64,000 nucleotides of DNA from Alphaproteobacteria bacterium (lineage in GTDB: Bacteria; Pseudomonadota; Alphaproteobacteria; SHVV01). Position 1 is the stretch's first letter. Each line of letters opens with the position of its first letter. A program made the translations under genes and the position numbers. The notes under the pieces are model-generated. The model was not told the DNA's origin, did not search any database, and worked only from the letters and a program-made list of their open reading frames with translations. The stretch is from positions 2,080,001 through 2,144,000 of the forward strand of contig OZ253470.1 of the NCBI GenBank assembly GCA_965261735.1, written 5' to 3'. Shown here one piece after another: positions 53,892 through 64,000 of the stretch.

Positions 53892-54010
53892 TGAATGATG
53901 TTCACTCATACCAGAGAATTATACATCGTTTAAAACTATTTTTGAACAATGTCCATTTCCTTGGAAAAGGCGGATTCTCGCCCTGTTTATCCGTCGGTAA
54001 ACAGTGTTCA
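53892..54010. promoter_or_regulatory. Four TGAACA-N-TGTTCA-like operator palindromes in an AT-rich divergent promoter region
   Basis: TGAATGATGTTCA 53892, TATACATCGTTTA 53920, TGAACAATGTCCA 53943, TAAACAGTGTTCA 53998; next to the TetR gene. Confidence 0.65.
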
Positions 54011-54055
54011 AATAGTTTTCGAACGAGCGTCAGTTATGTGCGAGGATAGCCGCCA

Positions 54056-54718
54056 ATGGCGCGACGCACGGACCACACCCGCGAGGAACTCTACGAAGCC
54101 GCCCTCGCGGCTGCCTGGGAAATAGCTGAATCAGAAGGGCTTAGGGGCTTGACCGCGCGGCGAATAGCAGGCCGGATCGGCTACTCGCCCGGCACTCTCT
54201 ACAACATTTTCGAAGATTTGGACGATCTGGTCGTCCATCTGCTCGTTCGGATTCTTGACGCCATGTACAAGGCATGCGCCGCCGCACCCCCTGACCCGCG
54301 GCCGGCAAAGGCCCTCAATGCACTTGCTCAAGCCTACATAAGCTTCAACCGCGACCATCCGAAGCTGTGGGGCCTCCTGTTCGAGCATCACCTGCCCGAC
54401 GGCCGCGAGCTCTCCGACTGGTACAGAGCCAAGGTGCTGCGCCTGCTCGGCCTCGTCGAGACCGCACTGGCACCCCTGTTCGCAGCCGGGTGCGAGGAGG
54501 CACGGCTCCATTCGGCCCGAGTGCTCTGGGGCTCCTTACATGGAATGTCTTCACTCGCCGCCGCCGAGAAGTTGGCGCGCCCACGCCCGGTTGCTGACTC
54601 GTCTGGCGAGACCTCCGAGATGAAGTCGCGCACCGAGATGCTCTCGGCCCTCGTCGAATCGCTGGTCGAGAATTACGTGGCCGGTCTCGAGCAGACGGTT
54701 TCAAGGACCACCGGTTGA
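54056..54718 (+). CDS. TetR/AcrR family regulator (WHG-type C-terminus)
   Basis: LTARRIAGRIGYSPGTLYNIF HTH; LWGSLHG. Confidence 0.92.
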   Translation: MARRTDHTREELYEAALAAAWEIAESEGLRGLTARRIAGRIGYSPGTLYNIFEDLDDLVVHLLVRILDAMYKACAAAPPDPRPAKALNALAQAYISFNRDHPKLWGLLFEHHLPDGRELSDWYRAKVLRLLGLVETALAPLFAAGCEEARLHSARVLWGSLHGMSSLAAAEKLARPRPVADSSGETSEMKSRTEMLSALVESLVENYVAGLEQTVSRTTG

Positions 54719-54790
54719 CCCCGCCGCTGGGGCCTATCGAGCGCTGCCCGCAAGCATTCCTGGAAGATGCCGGGCTGTGGCGAGGCCATT

Positions 54791-55183
54791 CTAGCCCCCC
54801 CCGAGGTCGGCCACGGCCTCGAGCTCCATCAGCCACGCCGGGTTGGGCATCGAGCTCACGATCATCCCGGTGGCCGCCTGATCGTCGGTGCCGAAATACT
54901 TGGCCCGCACGTCGCGGTAGACGGGGAGCTGGGCCGGGTCGGTGAAATAGACGTTGAGCTTGACGATGTCCTCGAAGCCGCCGCCCGCCTCGGCGAGGAT
55001 CGCCTTCATGTTCTCGAAGATCTGCGTGAGCTGAGCCTCGGGATTTTCGGGCTCGACATCCTCGTCCGCCGGGTTCTTGGCGACCTGACCGGAAATGAAC
55101 AGCAGCCCGGCGCTCGTCAGCACGCCGTGAACGTATCCTTGCGTGGGGTGAAGGGTGGGGGGTCGAATGATTCGTTTGCTCAC
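54791..55183 (-). CDS. RidA family protein
   Basis: LFISGQVA, DIVKLNVY, LMELEAVA. Confidence 0.88.
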   Translation of the reverse strand: MSKRIIRPPTLHPTQGYVHGVLTSAGLLFISGQVAKNPADEDVEPENPEAQLTQIFENMKAILAEAGGGFEDIVKLNVYFTDPAQLPVYRDVRAKYFGTDDQAATGMIVSSMPNPAWLMELEAVADLGGG

Positions 55184-55351
55184 CTGATCCTCCCTGGTGC
55201 CGCCGCCTTCCGCGGCTAAGCTCCCTTTTTACTTCGTGCCCGCGCCGCCGTCGAACGGTGACGGCGCCTCACCGGGCGTCGCCGGCGGGGCCCGCGTCTT
55301 GTCGCCCGATCCGCCTTGATCATATACTTGTCCGGACCTGGACCCCACGAC

Positions 55352-56236
55352 ATGAACCGCAAACCGCCCCGTCCCATATCGCGCGAGGAGATCGAGCGCT
55401 TCGAGCGTGACGGCGTCGTGTGCGTGCGGGGCCTGCTCGACGATGACTGGGTGGCGCGGATGCGGCGCGCGACCGATGACCTGCTCGACCACCCGGGCCC
55501 GCGTGGCGGGGACCTCAACGACGACGACGATGGGCGCTTCGCCTACGACAACTACCTGTGGACCTTCAATGCGGACTTCCGCGCCGTCGCGTTCGAATCG
55601 CCGCTGGCCGAGGTCGCCGCCACGCTCATGCGCTCGAGGAGGGTGAACGTCATTTTCGACTTCATCCTCGTCAAGGAGCCGCATACGTCCAAGGTCACGC
55701 GCTGGCACCAGGACATGCCCGCCAACGCCTGCCAGGGATCGCAGACCTGCGGCGTCTGGGTCTCGCTCGATCGCGCCACGGTCGACAGCGGTGCGCTCGA
55801 GTCTGTTCAGGGCTCGCAGCGGTGGCCGGCCTACTCGATCGCGAGCTCGAGCGATCCGGCCCGGCACAAGTACCTCGAGGGTTTCGGCAAGGACGCGCCG
55901 GCCGACGCCGCCGGGGCCGCCGAGGCGGCGGAGCCCCTGCCCGACATCGAGAACAACCGCGACGCTTACGACATCGTGTGCTTCGACACCGAGCCCGGAG
56001 ACTGCCTGTTCTCGAGCCTCATGACGACCCACGGCGCGCGCGGCAACGCGACCGACCGGCGCCGGCGTGCCTTCGGCTACAAGCTGATCGGCGACGACGG
56101 GACCTATGCGGTGCGGCGCAGCCCGGTGGCGATCAAGCCGCTACGCGATCCCCACCTCGCGCACGGCGACCCCTTCCCGCAAGACCCCGATCACCCGGTC
56201 TTCCCGATGCTGTGGCCGCGCCCGCAGGCGCGCTGA
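55352..56236 (+). CDS. Phytanoyl-CoA dioxygenase (PhyH) family Fe(II)/2OG enzyme
   Basis: FERDGVV, TRWHQD, VWVSLD, EPGD, THGARGN..RRR. Confidence 0.88.
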   Translation: MNRKPPRPISREEIERFERDGVVCVRGLLDDDWVARMRRATDDLLDHPGPRGGDLNDDDDGRFAYDNYLWTFNADFRAVAFESPLAEVAATLMRSRRVNVIFDFILVKEPHTSKVTRWHQDMPANACQGSQTCGVWVSLDRATVDSGALESVQGSQRWPAYSIASSSDPARHKYLEGFGKDAPADAAGAAEAAEPLPDIENNRDAYDIVCFDTEPGDCLFSSLMTTHGARGNATDRRRRAFGYKLIGDDGTYAVRRSPVAIKPLRDPHLAHGDPFPQDPDHPVFPMLWPRPQAR

Positions 56237-56251
56237 GACAGGAGCGGCCGC

Positions 56252-57346
56252 CTACAAGCCGTAGAGCGCGGCGGCGTTGCCGCCGACGACGCCGGCGAGG
56301 GCCTCGGGCGCGAGCTCCTTGAAGTGGCGGGCGAGCACCGCCGGCGTGTCCTTGGTGATCGAGCGCACGTGGGGATAGTCCGATCCCCACAGGATTTGGC
56401 TCGCGCCGATCGCCGGAATCGCGAGCGCCGCCGCCTGGTCGTCGATCACGCCGTGCCATATGCGGCGGCGCAGGTAGTTGGAGGCGCGCTCCTTGATCGG
56501 GCGCAGCTTGAGCCGGTGCGCCATCGACGCCTGCATCTGGTCGAGCCGGTACATTAGATACGGGATCCACGAAATCTCGAACTCGCTGCACACGAGCTTG
56601 AGGTCGGGAAACCGGTCGAGCAGGCCACCGAAGACGAAATCGTTGGCGAGCACGACCATGATCTCGTTGTAGCCGCTCAGCAGCACGCCGGGCCCCTCCT
56701 CGCGCTCCTTGTCGGTGCCGAAATGGAAGGGATCGTCGAAGCTGCCCGAGCCCGAGTGCAGGGTGATCGGCACCCCGGCCTCGCTCGCGCGCCCCCAGAA
56801 CGGATCGTATACGGGGTCGCGGTAGGGCGGACAGTCGCGCGGCGCCCCGAGATTGATCAGCGCACCCTTGAAGCCGCGAGCCAGGTTGCGGTCGAGCTCG
56901 GCCACGGCCCACTCGATGTCGTGCATCGGGATGACGGCGATGGCGACGAGGCGGGCCGCGTCGTAGGCGCAGAACTCGGCGAGCCAGTCGTTGTAGACGG
57001 CCGCGGCTGCACGCAGGACTTCCGCGTCGCGGCCGCGCAGCTGGCCGAGCATGGCCGAGGTGTACATCAGCTCGCAGGCGACGCCGGCCTCATGCTGAAA
57101 CGCGATGCGCTTCTCGGGCACGTAGCCGTCCTCGCTCGAGCCCCGGGTCTCGGCGTCCTTTTCGATATCGCCGAGGTTGCGCACCTGCCCCCCGGTATAG
57201 AAGAAGCGCCCCTTCTGGCCCTGCCACTCGCCCATCACTCGCGGCGTGCGGTCCCCGAACTTGTCACCGAGAGCGTTCCACCACAGATCCGGCGGCTCGA
57301 CGACATGGGAGTCGCCGGAAACGATATAGGTTGGGATCTCGCTCAT
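56252..57346 (-). CDS. Amidohydrolase_2 family metal-dependent hydrolase/decarboxylase
   Basis: DSHVVEPPDLW, YNDWLAEFC, YDPFW, WGSDYPH. Confidence 0.9.
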   Translation of the reverse strand: MSEIPTYIVSGDSHVVEPPDLWWNALGDKFGDRTPRVMGEWQGQKGRFFYTGGQVRNLGDIEKDAETRGSSEDGYVPEKRIAFQHEAGVACELMYTSAMLGQLRGRDAEVLRAAAAVYNDWLAEFCAYDAARLVAIAVIPMHDIEWAVAELDRNLARGFKGALINLGAPRDCPPYRDPVYDPFWGRASEAGVPITLHSGSGSFDDPFHFGTDKEREEGPGVLLSGYNEIMVVLANDFVFGGLLDRFPDLKLVCSEFEISWIPYLMYRLDQMQASMAHRLKLRPIKERASNYLRRRIWHGVIDDQAAALAIPAIGASQILWGSDYPHVRSITKDTPAVLARHFKELAPEALAGVVGGNAAALYGL

Positions 57347-57454
57347 GGGTGCTACTCCGGTGGCGGTCGCGGCCCGCCACCATAGCGCGGGCGGCCGCGA
57401 AAACCATGCTAAACTTACTGGTACTCGTCAGCGTCGGGAGCACGGAGACTAGCC

Positions 57455-58879
57455 ATGGCCGAGAGAGCCAGCGCCGCGGTCGCGAGCGAGGCCGCCCACG
57501 CCGAGCCGATCGCACGCAGACTCGCCGATTTCGCCCACACCCTGCGCTACGAGGACATTCCCGAGGCGGTGCGCGAGCGAGCGCGCTACCTCATTCTCGA
57601 TGCGGTCGGCAACGCCTACGCCTCCACCCACTACGAGTTCTCGAAGGACATACTGGCCGGCTTGACCGAGCTTGCCGGTGCCGGCGAGCACCCGGTGATC
57701 GGCCTCGCGGCGCGCCTTCCCTTGCGCGACTCGGTGGTCATGAACGGCGCGCTCATCCACGGCCTCGACTACGACGACACCCATCTCGAGGCGATCGTCC
57801 ACCCGACGGCGAGCGCGTTCAGCGCCGCGCTCGGTATGGCGGCCCATCTCGATCTTTCGGGCCGCGACCTGCTCACGGCCTATGTGGTCGGCATGGAGAC
57901 GGTGATCCGCATCTCGCTCGCCGCCCGCGGCGGGTTGCACCGATACGGCTTCCACCCGACCGGCATTGCCGGCCATTTCTCGACCGCGCTGGCGGCCGGC
58001 CGGCTCCTCGGGCTTTCGCGGCCACAGCTCGCGATGGCCCAGGGCCTCGCCGGCAGCACCGCCGCGGCAAGCCAGGAGTTCCTCGAGGAGGGCGGCTGGA
58101 ACAAGCGCTTCCATCCCGGCTGGGCGGCCGCCTCGGGCATCACGGTCGCCTACCTCGCGAAGAACGGGTTCATCGGGCCTACCTATCCCTACGAGGGCCG
58201 CTTCGGCCTCTACCGAAGCCACATGCACGATGATGCCGACACCATCGACTACGAGGACGCCACCAGCGGGCTGGGGCAGGTTTGGGAGACCACGCGCACC
58301 GCGGTTAAGCCCTTCCCGACCTGCCACTTCACCCACTCGATCGCGGATTCAGCCCTGGCGATCCGCGAGGCGCATGGGGTTGCGGCCGCCGACATCGTGC
58401 ACATCCGCGCCCAGATGCCGGAGGTCGCGGTGCCGCTGATCGCCGAGCCGGTCGCGCGCAAGCGCCGGCCGGTCAGCGATTACGACGCCAAGTTCTCGAC
58501 TCCCTTCATGGTCGCGGCCTGCTTCGTGCGCGGCAAGTTCGGCCTCGCCGAGCTCGAGCCGGAGGCCCTACAGGACCCGGAGATATTGGCGCTCGCGGAC
58601 AAGGTGGACTACGAGCTCGACCCCAAGACCGGCTTCCCGCAGTACTACTCGGGCGGGCTCATCATCACCACCCGGGACGGCGCCGAGTACGTCCACCACG
58701 AGCGCGTCAACCGCGGCGCCGGTGAGCGCGCGCTCACCGGTGACGAGATCGCGGCCAAGTATCTCGACAACGCGACGCTGGTCATGGGCCAGGGCGAGGC
58801 GCAAGCCGTACGCGACCGGGTGCTCGCGCTCGATTCGGTCGGCGCGAGGGACTTCGCCGAGTCGCTCGCGCGCAGCTAG
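57455..58879 (+). CDS. MmgE/PrpD family protein
   Basis: HGLDYDDTH, GFHPTG, KRFHPGWAA, KPFPTCHFTH, AKFS. Confidence 0.92.
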   Translation: MAERASAAVASEAAHAEPIARRLADFAHTLRYEDIPEAVRERARYLILDAVGNAYASTHYEFSKDILAGLTELAGAGEHPVIGLAARLPLRDSVVMNGALIHGLDYDDTHLEAIVHPTASAFSAALGMAAHLDLSGRDLLTAYVVGMETVIRISLAARGGLHRYGFHPTGIAGHFSTALAAGRLLGLSRPQLAMAQGLAGSTAAASQEFLEEGGWNKRFHPGWAAASGITVAYLAKNGFIGPTYPYEGRFGLYRSHMHDDADTIDYEDATSGLGQVWETTRTAVKPFPTCHFTHSIADSALAIREAHGVAAADIVHIRAQMPEVAVPLIAEPVARKRRPVSDYDAKFSTPFMVAACFVRGKFGLAELEPEALQDPEILALADKVDYELDPKTGFPQYYSGGLIITTRDGAEYVHHERVNRGAGERALTGDEIAAKYLDNATLVMGQGEAQAVRDRVLALDSVGARDFAESLARS

Positions 58880-60027
58880 TGGATTGATCGGAACGAAAGA
58901 GTCCGATTTGAGATTCCGTATTGTGCGGTGTCATGCGAGTCTGTGCTATGCGCACCGGCATCCATTTTACTGTCACGTCTGGCGACCGTCAGCGATTGCA
59001 AGCTATCGTCACGGACCCGAAGAGCTCGCAGAAACATGTCTGGCGGGCGCGGATCATCCTGAAGAGCGACGAGGGGCTCGGGAACTCGTCGATCATGGCC
59101 GAGACCGGCAAGTCCAAGACCTGTGTCTGGCGCTGGCAGGAGCGGTTCATGCACGAGGGTGTCAACGGCTTGCTTCGCGACAGGTCCCGTCCGCCTAGCA
59201 AAGCGCCGATCCCGCCGGAGCGCGTCGCCGAGATCGTCCGCCTGACCCAGCAAGCGCCGCCGCACGAGGCGACCCACTGGACGCTGCGCGCGATGGCGAA
59301 GGTTGCTGGCGTCGCGGCGTCGACGGTCCAAGCGATCTGGAAGGCCCATGGCCTCAGCCCGCACCGCTGGCGGCACTTCAAGCTCTCCAATGATCCCGCC
59401 TTCGCCGAGAAGCTCACAGATATCGTCGGCTTGTATGTCGATCCGCCGGCCCATGCCGTGGTGCTGTCGGTTGATGAGAAATCACAGATCCAGGCGCTCG
59501 ACCGCACCCAACCCGGCTTGCCGATGAAGAAGGGCCGCGCCGGTACGATGACCTATGATTACAAACGGCATGGCACGACGACGCTGTTCGCCGCGCTCAA
59601 CGTGCTGGACGGTACGGTCATCGCACAGAACATGCAGCGCCACCGCCATCAGGAGTTCATCCGCTTCCTCAACCGCATCGAGCGCGAGGTGCCGACGGAC
59701 AAGGCCGTCCACGTCATCCTCGACAACTACGCCGCGCACAAGAAGGACAAGGTCCGCGCCTGGCTCGCCCGCCATCCACGCTGGACCTTCCACTTCACGC
59801 CAACCTCGTGCTCGTGGCTCAATGCCGTCGAGGGCTTCTTCGCCAAACTAACGCGGCGCAGGCTCAAATACGGCGTCTTCCAATCCGTCGTCGACCTTCA
59901 GGCCGCCATCAACCGATTTGTCCGCGAATACAATGACGCAAACCCAAAACCCTTCATCTGGAAAGCCGACCCCGATCATATCATCGCCGCACGAAACAGA
60001 GGGTTCCAAACGTTGGAATCAATCCAC
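58879..60027 (+). mobile_element. IS630-family element copy 2 (transposase 58948-60030)
   Basis: Same TIRs as copy 1; inserted in the CTAG containing the MmgE/PrpD stop codon; three amino-acid differences from copy 1. Confidence 0.95.
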
Positions 60028-60075
60028 TAGGCCACCCCAGGCCACCGAGCCCATGCATCGGCGCGCCGGCATCGC

Positions 60076-61026
60076 ATGAGCGTTCTCATTATCGGCGGCA
60101 CCGGCTTTATCGGCGCGAGCCTGGCGCGGCGGCTCGCGGGCGCGGGCGAGACCGTAGTATGCATGGACACCAGTCTGGACCCGTGGCACCTGCGCGAGAC
60201 GGCCACGCGGGTCAAGCTCGTGCGCGGCGATATCTCCCAGTTCGACGAGGTCGCCGCGGCCATTCTGGAGAACCGGGTCAACCAGGTGGTGTGCCTCGCC
60301 TACGTCCTCAGCGCGGCGAGCGAGACGGCCCTGCACCTCGGCGTCCGCGTCAACGTCCTCGGCATGGACAACGTCTTCGAGGCGGCCCGGCTGACGGGCG
60401 TCCGCAAGGTCCTGTACGCGAGTTCCGTGGCCTACCACGGGGCCAATCCTTCGCCCGAAGCCTCCACGATCACCGAGGAGACGCCGGCGCGCCCGCTCGG
60501 CGCCTATGGCTGGCAGAAGCAGTTCAACGAGGTGATGGCGGCCCGCTACGCGAAGGCCCACGGCATGACGATGGTCGCGGTCAGGCCGCCCGTGGTGTTC
60601 GGCCCGGGGCGGCGGCTCGGCCAGATCGCGCAGGCGCAGATGATCAACGAGGCCGCGCTCGGCCGCCCGGTTCGCGTGCCGGCGCGGCCGAAAGCGAGGG
60701 CCGCTCTCGTTTATGTGGACGACGTCGCCGAGCTGTTTTTCCTGCTCGCCACAGCGCCGAGCATACGCCACGCGGCCTATCTAACCGGTGGTGAGGTCGT
60801 GAGCTATGAGCGCCTCGCCGACATTGTCCGTGAACTGATTCCCTCGGCCGAGATCTCGTTCGACCCCGTCGCCACGTCGACCGGCTACGGCCTCTCCTAC
60901 GACTACGACCACACGAGGGCCCGCGAGGAGTTCGGCTATCGCCTCCCGCCGCTCGCCGAGCGCGTGCGCGACAGCATCAACGCCACCCGGACGATCGCCG
61001 GGCTACCCGATCTGGCGCCAAGCTGA
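60076..61026 (+). CDS. NAD-dependent epimerase/dehydratase (extended SDR)
   Basis: GGTGFIG, YASS, YGWQK (YxxxK), VFGPG. Confidence 0.9.
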   Translation: MSVLIIGGTGFIGASLARRLAGAGETVVCMDTSLDPWHLRETATRVKLVRGDISQFDEVAAAILENRVNQVVCLAYVLSAASETALHLGVRVNVLGMDNVFEAARLTGVRKVLYASSVAYHGANPSPEASTITEETPARPLGAYGWQKQFNEVMAARYAKAHGMTMVAVRPPVVFGPGRRLGQIAQAQMINEAALGRPVRVPARPKARAALVYVDDVAELFFLLATAPSIRHAAYLTGGEVVSYERLADIVRELIPSAEISFDPVATSTGYGLSYDYDHTRAREEFGYRLPPLAERVRDSINATRTIAGLPDLAPS

Positions 61027-61039
61027 CTGGCGGACCGGA

Positions 61040-61408
61040 ATGGGTCGCGGGCGTTTCGATATTTCTCTCAAGCGCGCCTATGACGCGCCTTCCAGCACCG
61101 ACGGGGTGCGCATTCTCGTCGAGCGCTTGTGGCCGCGCGGCGTGACGAAGGAGAAGGCACGCATCGACCATTGGCTCAAGGACATCGCACCGAGCCCGGC
61201 CCTGCGGCGCTGGTATAGCCACGAGCCCGAGCGCTGGCCCGAGTTCACCACGCGCTATCGCGCCGAGCTCGCGGCCAACGCCGCCGGCGTAGCGGAACTC
61301 GAGGCCTTGTGCGCCGCCGTCCCGATCAGCTTCGTCTTCGCCGCTCGCGATACGGAGCGCAACAGCGCCGTCGTCCTCAAGGACTATCTGGCCGGGCGCG
61401 CCCGCTAG
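61040..61408 (+). CDS. DUF488 (YeaO-like) protein
   Basis: KRAYD, DGVRILVERLWPRGV.KE, IAPSPALRRW, NSAVVL. Confidence 0.9.
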   Translation: MGRGRFDISLKRAYDAPSSTDGVRILVERLWPRGVTKEKARIDHWLKDIAPSPALRRWYSHEPERWPEFTTRYRAELAANAAGVAELEALCAAVPISFVFAARDTERNSAVVLKDYLAGRAR

Positions 61409-61426
61409 TACTTGGTTGCTTGGTTG

Positions 61427-62531
61427 CTTGCCTATCCGGTTGACACCCACACCCACTAGGGCTAGAATGGGCGCAACCCGGATATAGGGGAGCGCGCCAT
61501 GGATGTTCTCGACCGCGCCGATCTCCCATTCCCGCATTCGCTACCCGAGTTCCAGCGACTTTTCCCCGATGATGCGGCCTGCGCCGCCTACCTGGAGAAA
61601 GCCCGCTGGGGAGACGGCTTTGCCTGCCCGCACTGCGGCACGGCGGGAGAGCCGTTCCACTTTGAAAACCGCCCTGGCGTCCTGCGCTGCCGCAAGTGCC
61701 GCCAGAACACCGGGCTGACGGTGGGAACAGTGATGGAGCGTAGCCACACTCCGCTGAACGTCTGGTTCTGGGCCGCTTATCTGGTCGCCAGTCAGACGCC
61801 CGGCATGTCCGCCGTGCAGTTTCAGCGGCAACTTGGTCTTTCGCGCTACGAGACGGCCTTTCAAATTCTCCACAAGCTCCGCTCGGGCATGGTGCGGCCC
61901 AACCAAGACAGGATCGGTGGACAGCCCAAGAACCATGTTGAGGTGGACGAAACCTGGGTTGGCGGGCGAACGCGTGGGGAAGGCCGTGGTGTTCACCACA
62001 AGGTTCCCGTCTCCTGTGCCATCGAGGTGCGTCATCGAAAGCCGGGCACCAAGCTCGACAACCGGAAAGACGGACGCTATGCCGGACGCGTTCGGCTCGC
62101 CGTCGTGCTCGACCGTAGCGCCGAGTCGCTCTGTGGGTTCGTCGAGAGCACCGTCGCGCCGCGATCGCTGATCGTTACTGACGATTGGAGCGGCTATGCT
62201 GGCCTCGGTAAGCGCGGCTATGAGCACTTCGCTGTTGCCGAGTGTGGTGATCCAGAGGTTGCCGAGCAATACCTGCCGATCATCCATCTGGTTTTCGCCA
62301 ACCTGAAGACGTGGCTGATCGGTATCCACCACGGCGTTAGCCACCAGCACCTACAAGCCTACCTCAACGAGTTCACCTTCCGCTTCAACAGGCGGTTCTA
62401 CCCGTTCAACGCCTTCCGCTCATTGCTCGGCATCGCGGGCGACACCTCTGCTCCAACCTATGCCGAGCTTTACTCGGGAGAGTGGCGGCACCCTACATGT
62501 AGCGGTCATGGGCGTTAACCGGATAGGCAAG
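61427..62531 (+). mobile_element. IS1595 copy 4, intact (1105 bp; transposase 61499-62518)
   Basis: Both TIRs present; TSD CTTGGTTG at 61419-61426 and 62532-62539; CPHC..CRKC, EVDETWVGG, VTDDW, HLQAYLNEF. Confidence 0.96.
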
Positions 62532-62539
62532 CTTGGTTG

Positions 62540-62667
62540 GAAAGGAAAGTAACTCATTACTTCGTCCCCCTCCCCCTGCCCCCTCCCACCAGGGGAGGGG
62601 GATTTGTGGTGCGATGCCGATTTCGTCAGCCCTCCCCTTGATGGGGGAGGGTTGGGAGGGGGTGACC
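62540..62667. repeat. REP-like palindromic element, second copy
   Basis: Reverse-complement homologue of 38102-38245. Confidence 0.8.
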
Positions 62668-62760
62668 GAAAACTTACTCAGGCAAATATTGGCCAGTCGG
62701 GCAAGGCCACGGGACGAGGCGACGGACGAGCGCCGCCCCGTTCCCGCTTCCGCTATGCGG

Positions 62761-63405
62761 CTAGCGTCCCGCCGCGAAGTACTTGCGGATGCGTTCGTTG
62801 AACCAGTCCTTGGAATGGATGCTCCATAGCCGGTTCGCGTCCATCGGCTCCATCATCGCGTCGTTGAGGCGGGCGAAGCCGCCCGGGCGGTTGGCAGGAT
62901 CCGCGGGGATCTTGCCGGTGCCGCCAATAATCTCCTGCGCCTCCGGTGTCAGGATGAAGTCGACGACGAGGCGAGCCGCGTTCGGGTGCGGTGCCGACTT
63001 GTTCGCCTGAACGGTGAGGCCGACGAAGAACATCGGCGTCGGCGTACCCCAGTCGATCGGCGCGCCCTTGATCTTCAGGGGCTCGGTGTAGTCGGGATAG
63101 GCGGCGAGCTGGATCGCGATCTCACCCGAGGCGAGCGATTCGCGGATCGGGAAATAGCGGCCGAACTTGCCGATCTGGCCGCCCATTCTTGTCCATGAAC
63201 TCGAACCACCTCTCCTCGCCGTAGACCTGGTACATCCGCGCCACCCAGGCGTGGGCGCCGCCGCCGCCGGACTTCGGGTCCTGCATGCCGACCTTGCCCT
63301 TCCACTTGGGATCGAGCAGGTCCTCCCAGGTCTTGGGCGCCTCGCTCGGCTTCACGAGGTCGGTGTTGTAGGCGAAGCCGACCGTGTTCAGGCCGTAGTT
63401 GTACC
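62761..63405 (-). pseudogene. ABC substrate-binding protein (Fe3+/thiamine/polyamine-like), interrupted by IS1595 and frameshifted near 63187
   Basis: AYNT.LV, APKTWEDLLDPKWKGK, APHPNAARLVVDFILTPEAQ. Confidence 0.82.
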
Positions 63406-64000
63406 CTTGCCTATCCGGTTAACGCCCATGACCGCTACATGTAGGGTGCCGCCACTCTCCCGAGTAAAGCTCGGCATAGGTTGGAGCAGAGGTGTCGCCC
63501 GCGATGCCGAGCAATGAGCGGAAGGCGTTGAACGGGTAGAACCGCCTGTTGAAGCGGAAGGTGAACTCGTTGAGGTAGGCTTGTAGGTGCTGGTGGCTAA
63601 CGCCGTGGTGGATATCGATCAGCCACGTCTTCAGGTTGGCGAAAACCAGATGGATGATCGGCAGGTATTGCTCGGCAACCTCTGGATCACCACACTCGGC
63701 AACAGCGAAGTGCTCATAGCCGCGCTTACCGAGGCCAGCATAGCCGCTCCAATCGTCAGTAACGATCAGCGATCGCGGCGCGACGGTGCTCTCGACGAAC
63801 CCACAGAGCGACTCGGCGCTACGGTCGAGCACGACGGCGAGCCGAACGCGTCCGGCATAGCGTCCGTCTTTCCGGTTGTCGAGCTTGGTGCCCGGCTTTC
63901 GATGACGCACCTCGATGGCACAGGAGACGGGAACCTTGTGGTGAACACCACGGCCTTCCCCACGCGTTCGCCCGCCAACCCAGGTTTCGTCCACCTCAAC
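63406..64000 (-). mobile_element. IS1595 copy 5, opposite orientation, runs off the window
   Basis: Right TIR CTTGCCTATCCGGTTAAC at 63406; transposase C-terminus 63419-63994. Confidence 0.94.

Overview
High-GC alphaproteobacterial (Rhodospirillales-like) chromosomal window. The backbone carries dapE, truA-fmt-def, rmuC, recR-ybaB-dnaX-ffs (SRP RNA), nudC, pheA-kdsB, cycM, hisN, yejA-yejA-yejB-yejE-yejF-ghrA and marR-leucyl aminopeptidase, plus two catabolic clusters (acyl-CoA dehydrogenase/CoA transferases; PhyH/amidohydrolase/MmgE-PrpD). It is heavily invaded by IS elements: five near-identical IS1595 copies, a second IS1595 with a passenger gene, two IS630, one IS256, and IS1380 and ISKra4-like remnants. 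A decayed island at about 9.7-21.6 kb contains short shards of unrelated genes and a broken tyrosine-recombinase/large-serine-recombinase pair. The most unusual unexplained structure is a cassette of about 730 bp at 49960-50700: a degenerate array with roughly 5-nt periodicity (TGAGGAC/GGCNN), then a consensus sigma70 promoter overlapped by a 29-bp palindrome, then a small SeqA-N/RHH-like gene with an unrecognised C-terminal domain. All family calls come from motif recognition by eye; no searches were run. Several single-base frameshifts could be sequencing errors.
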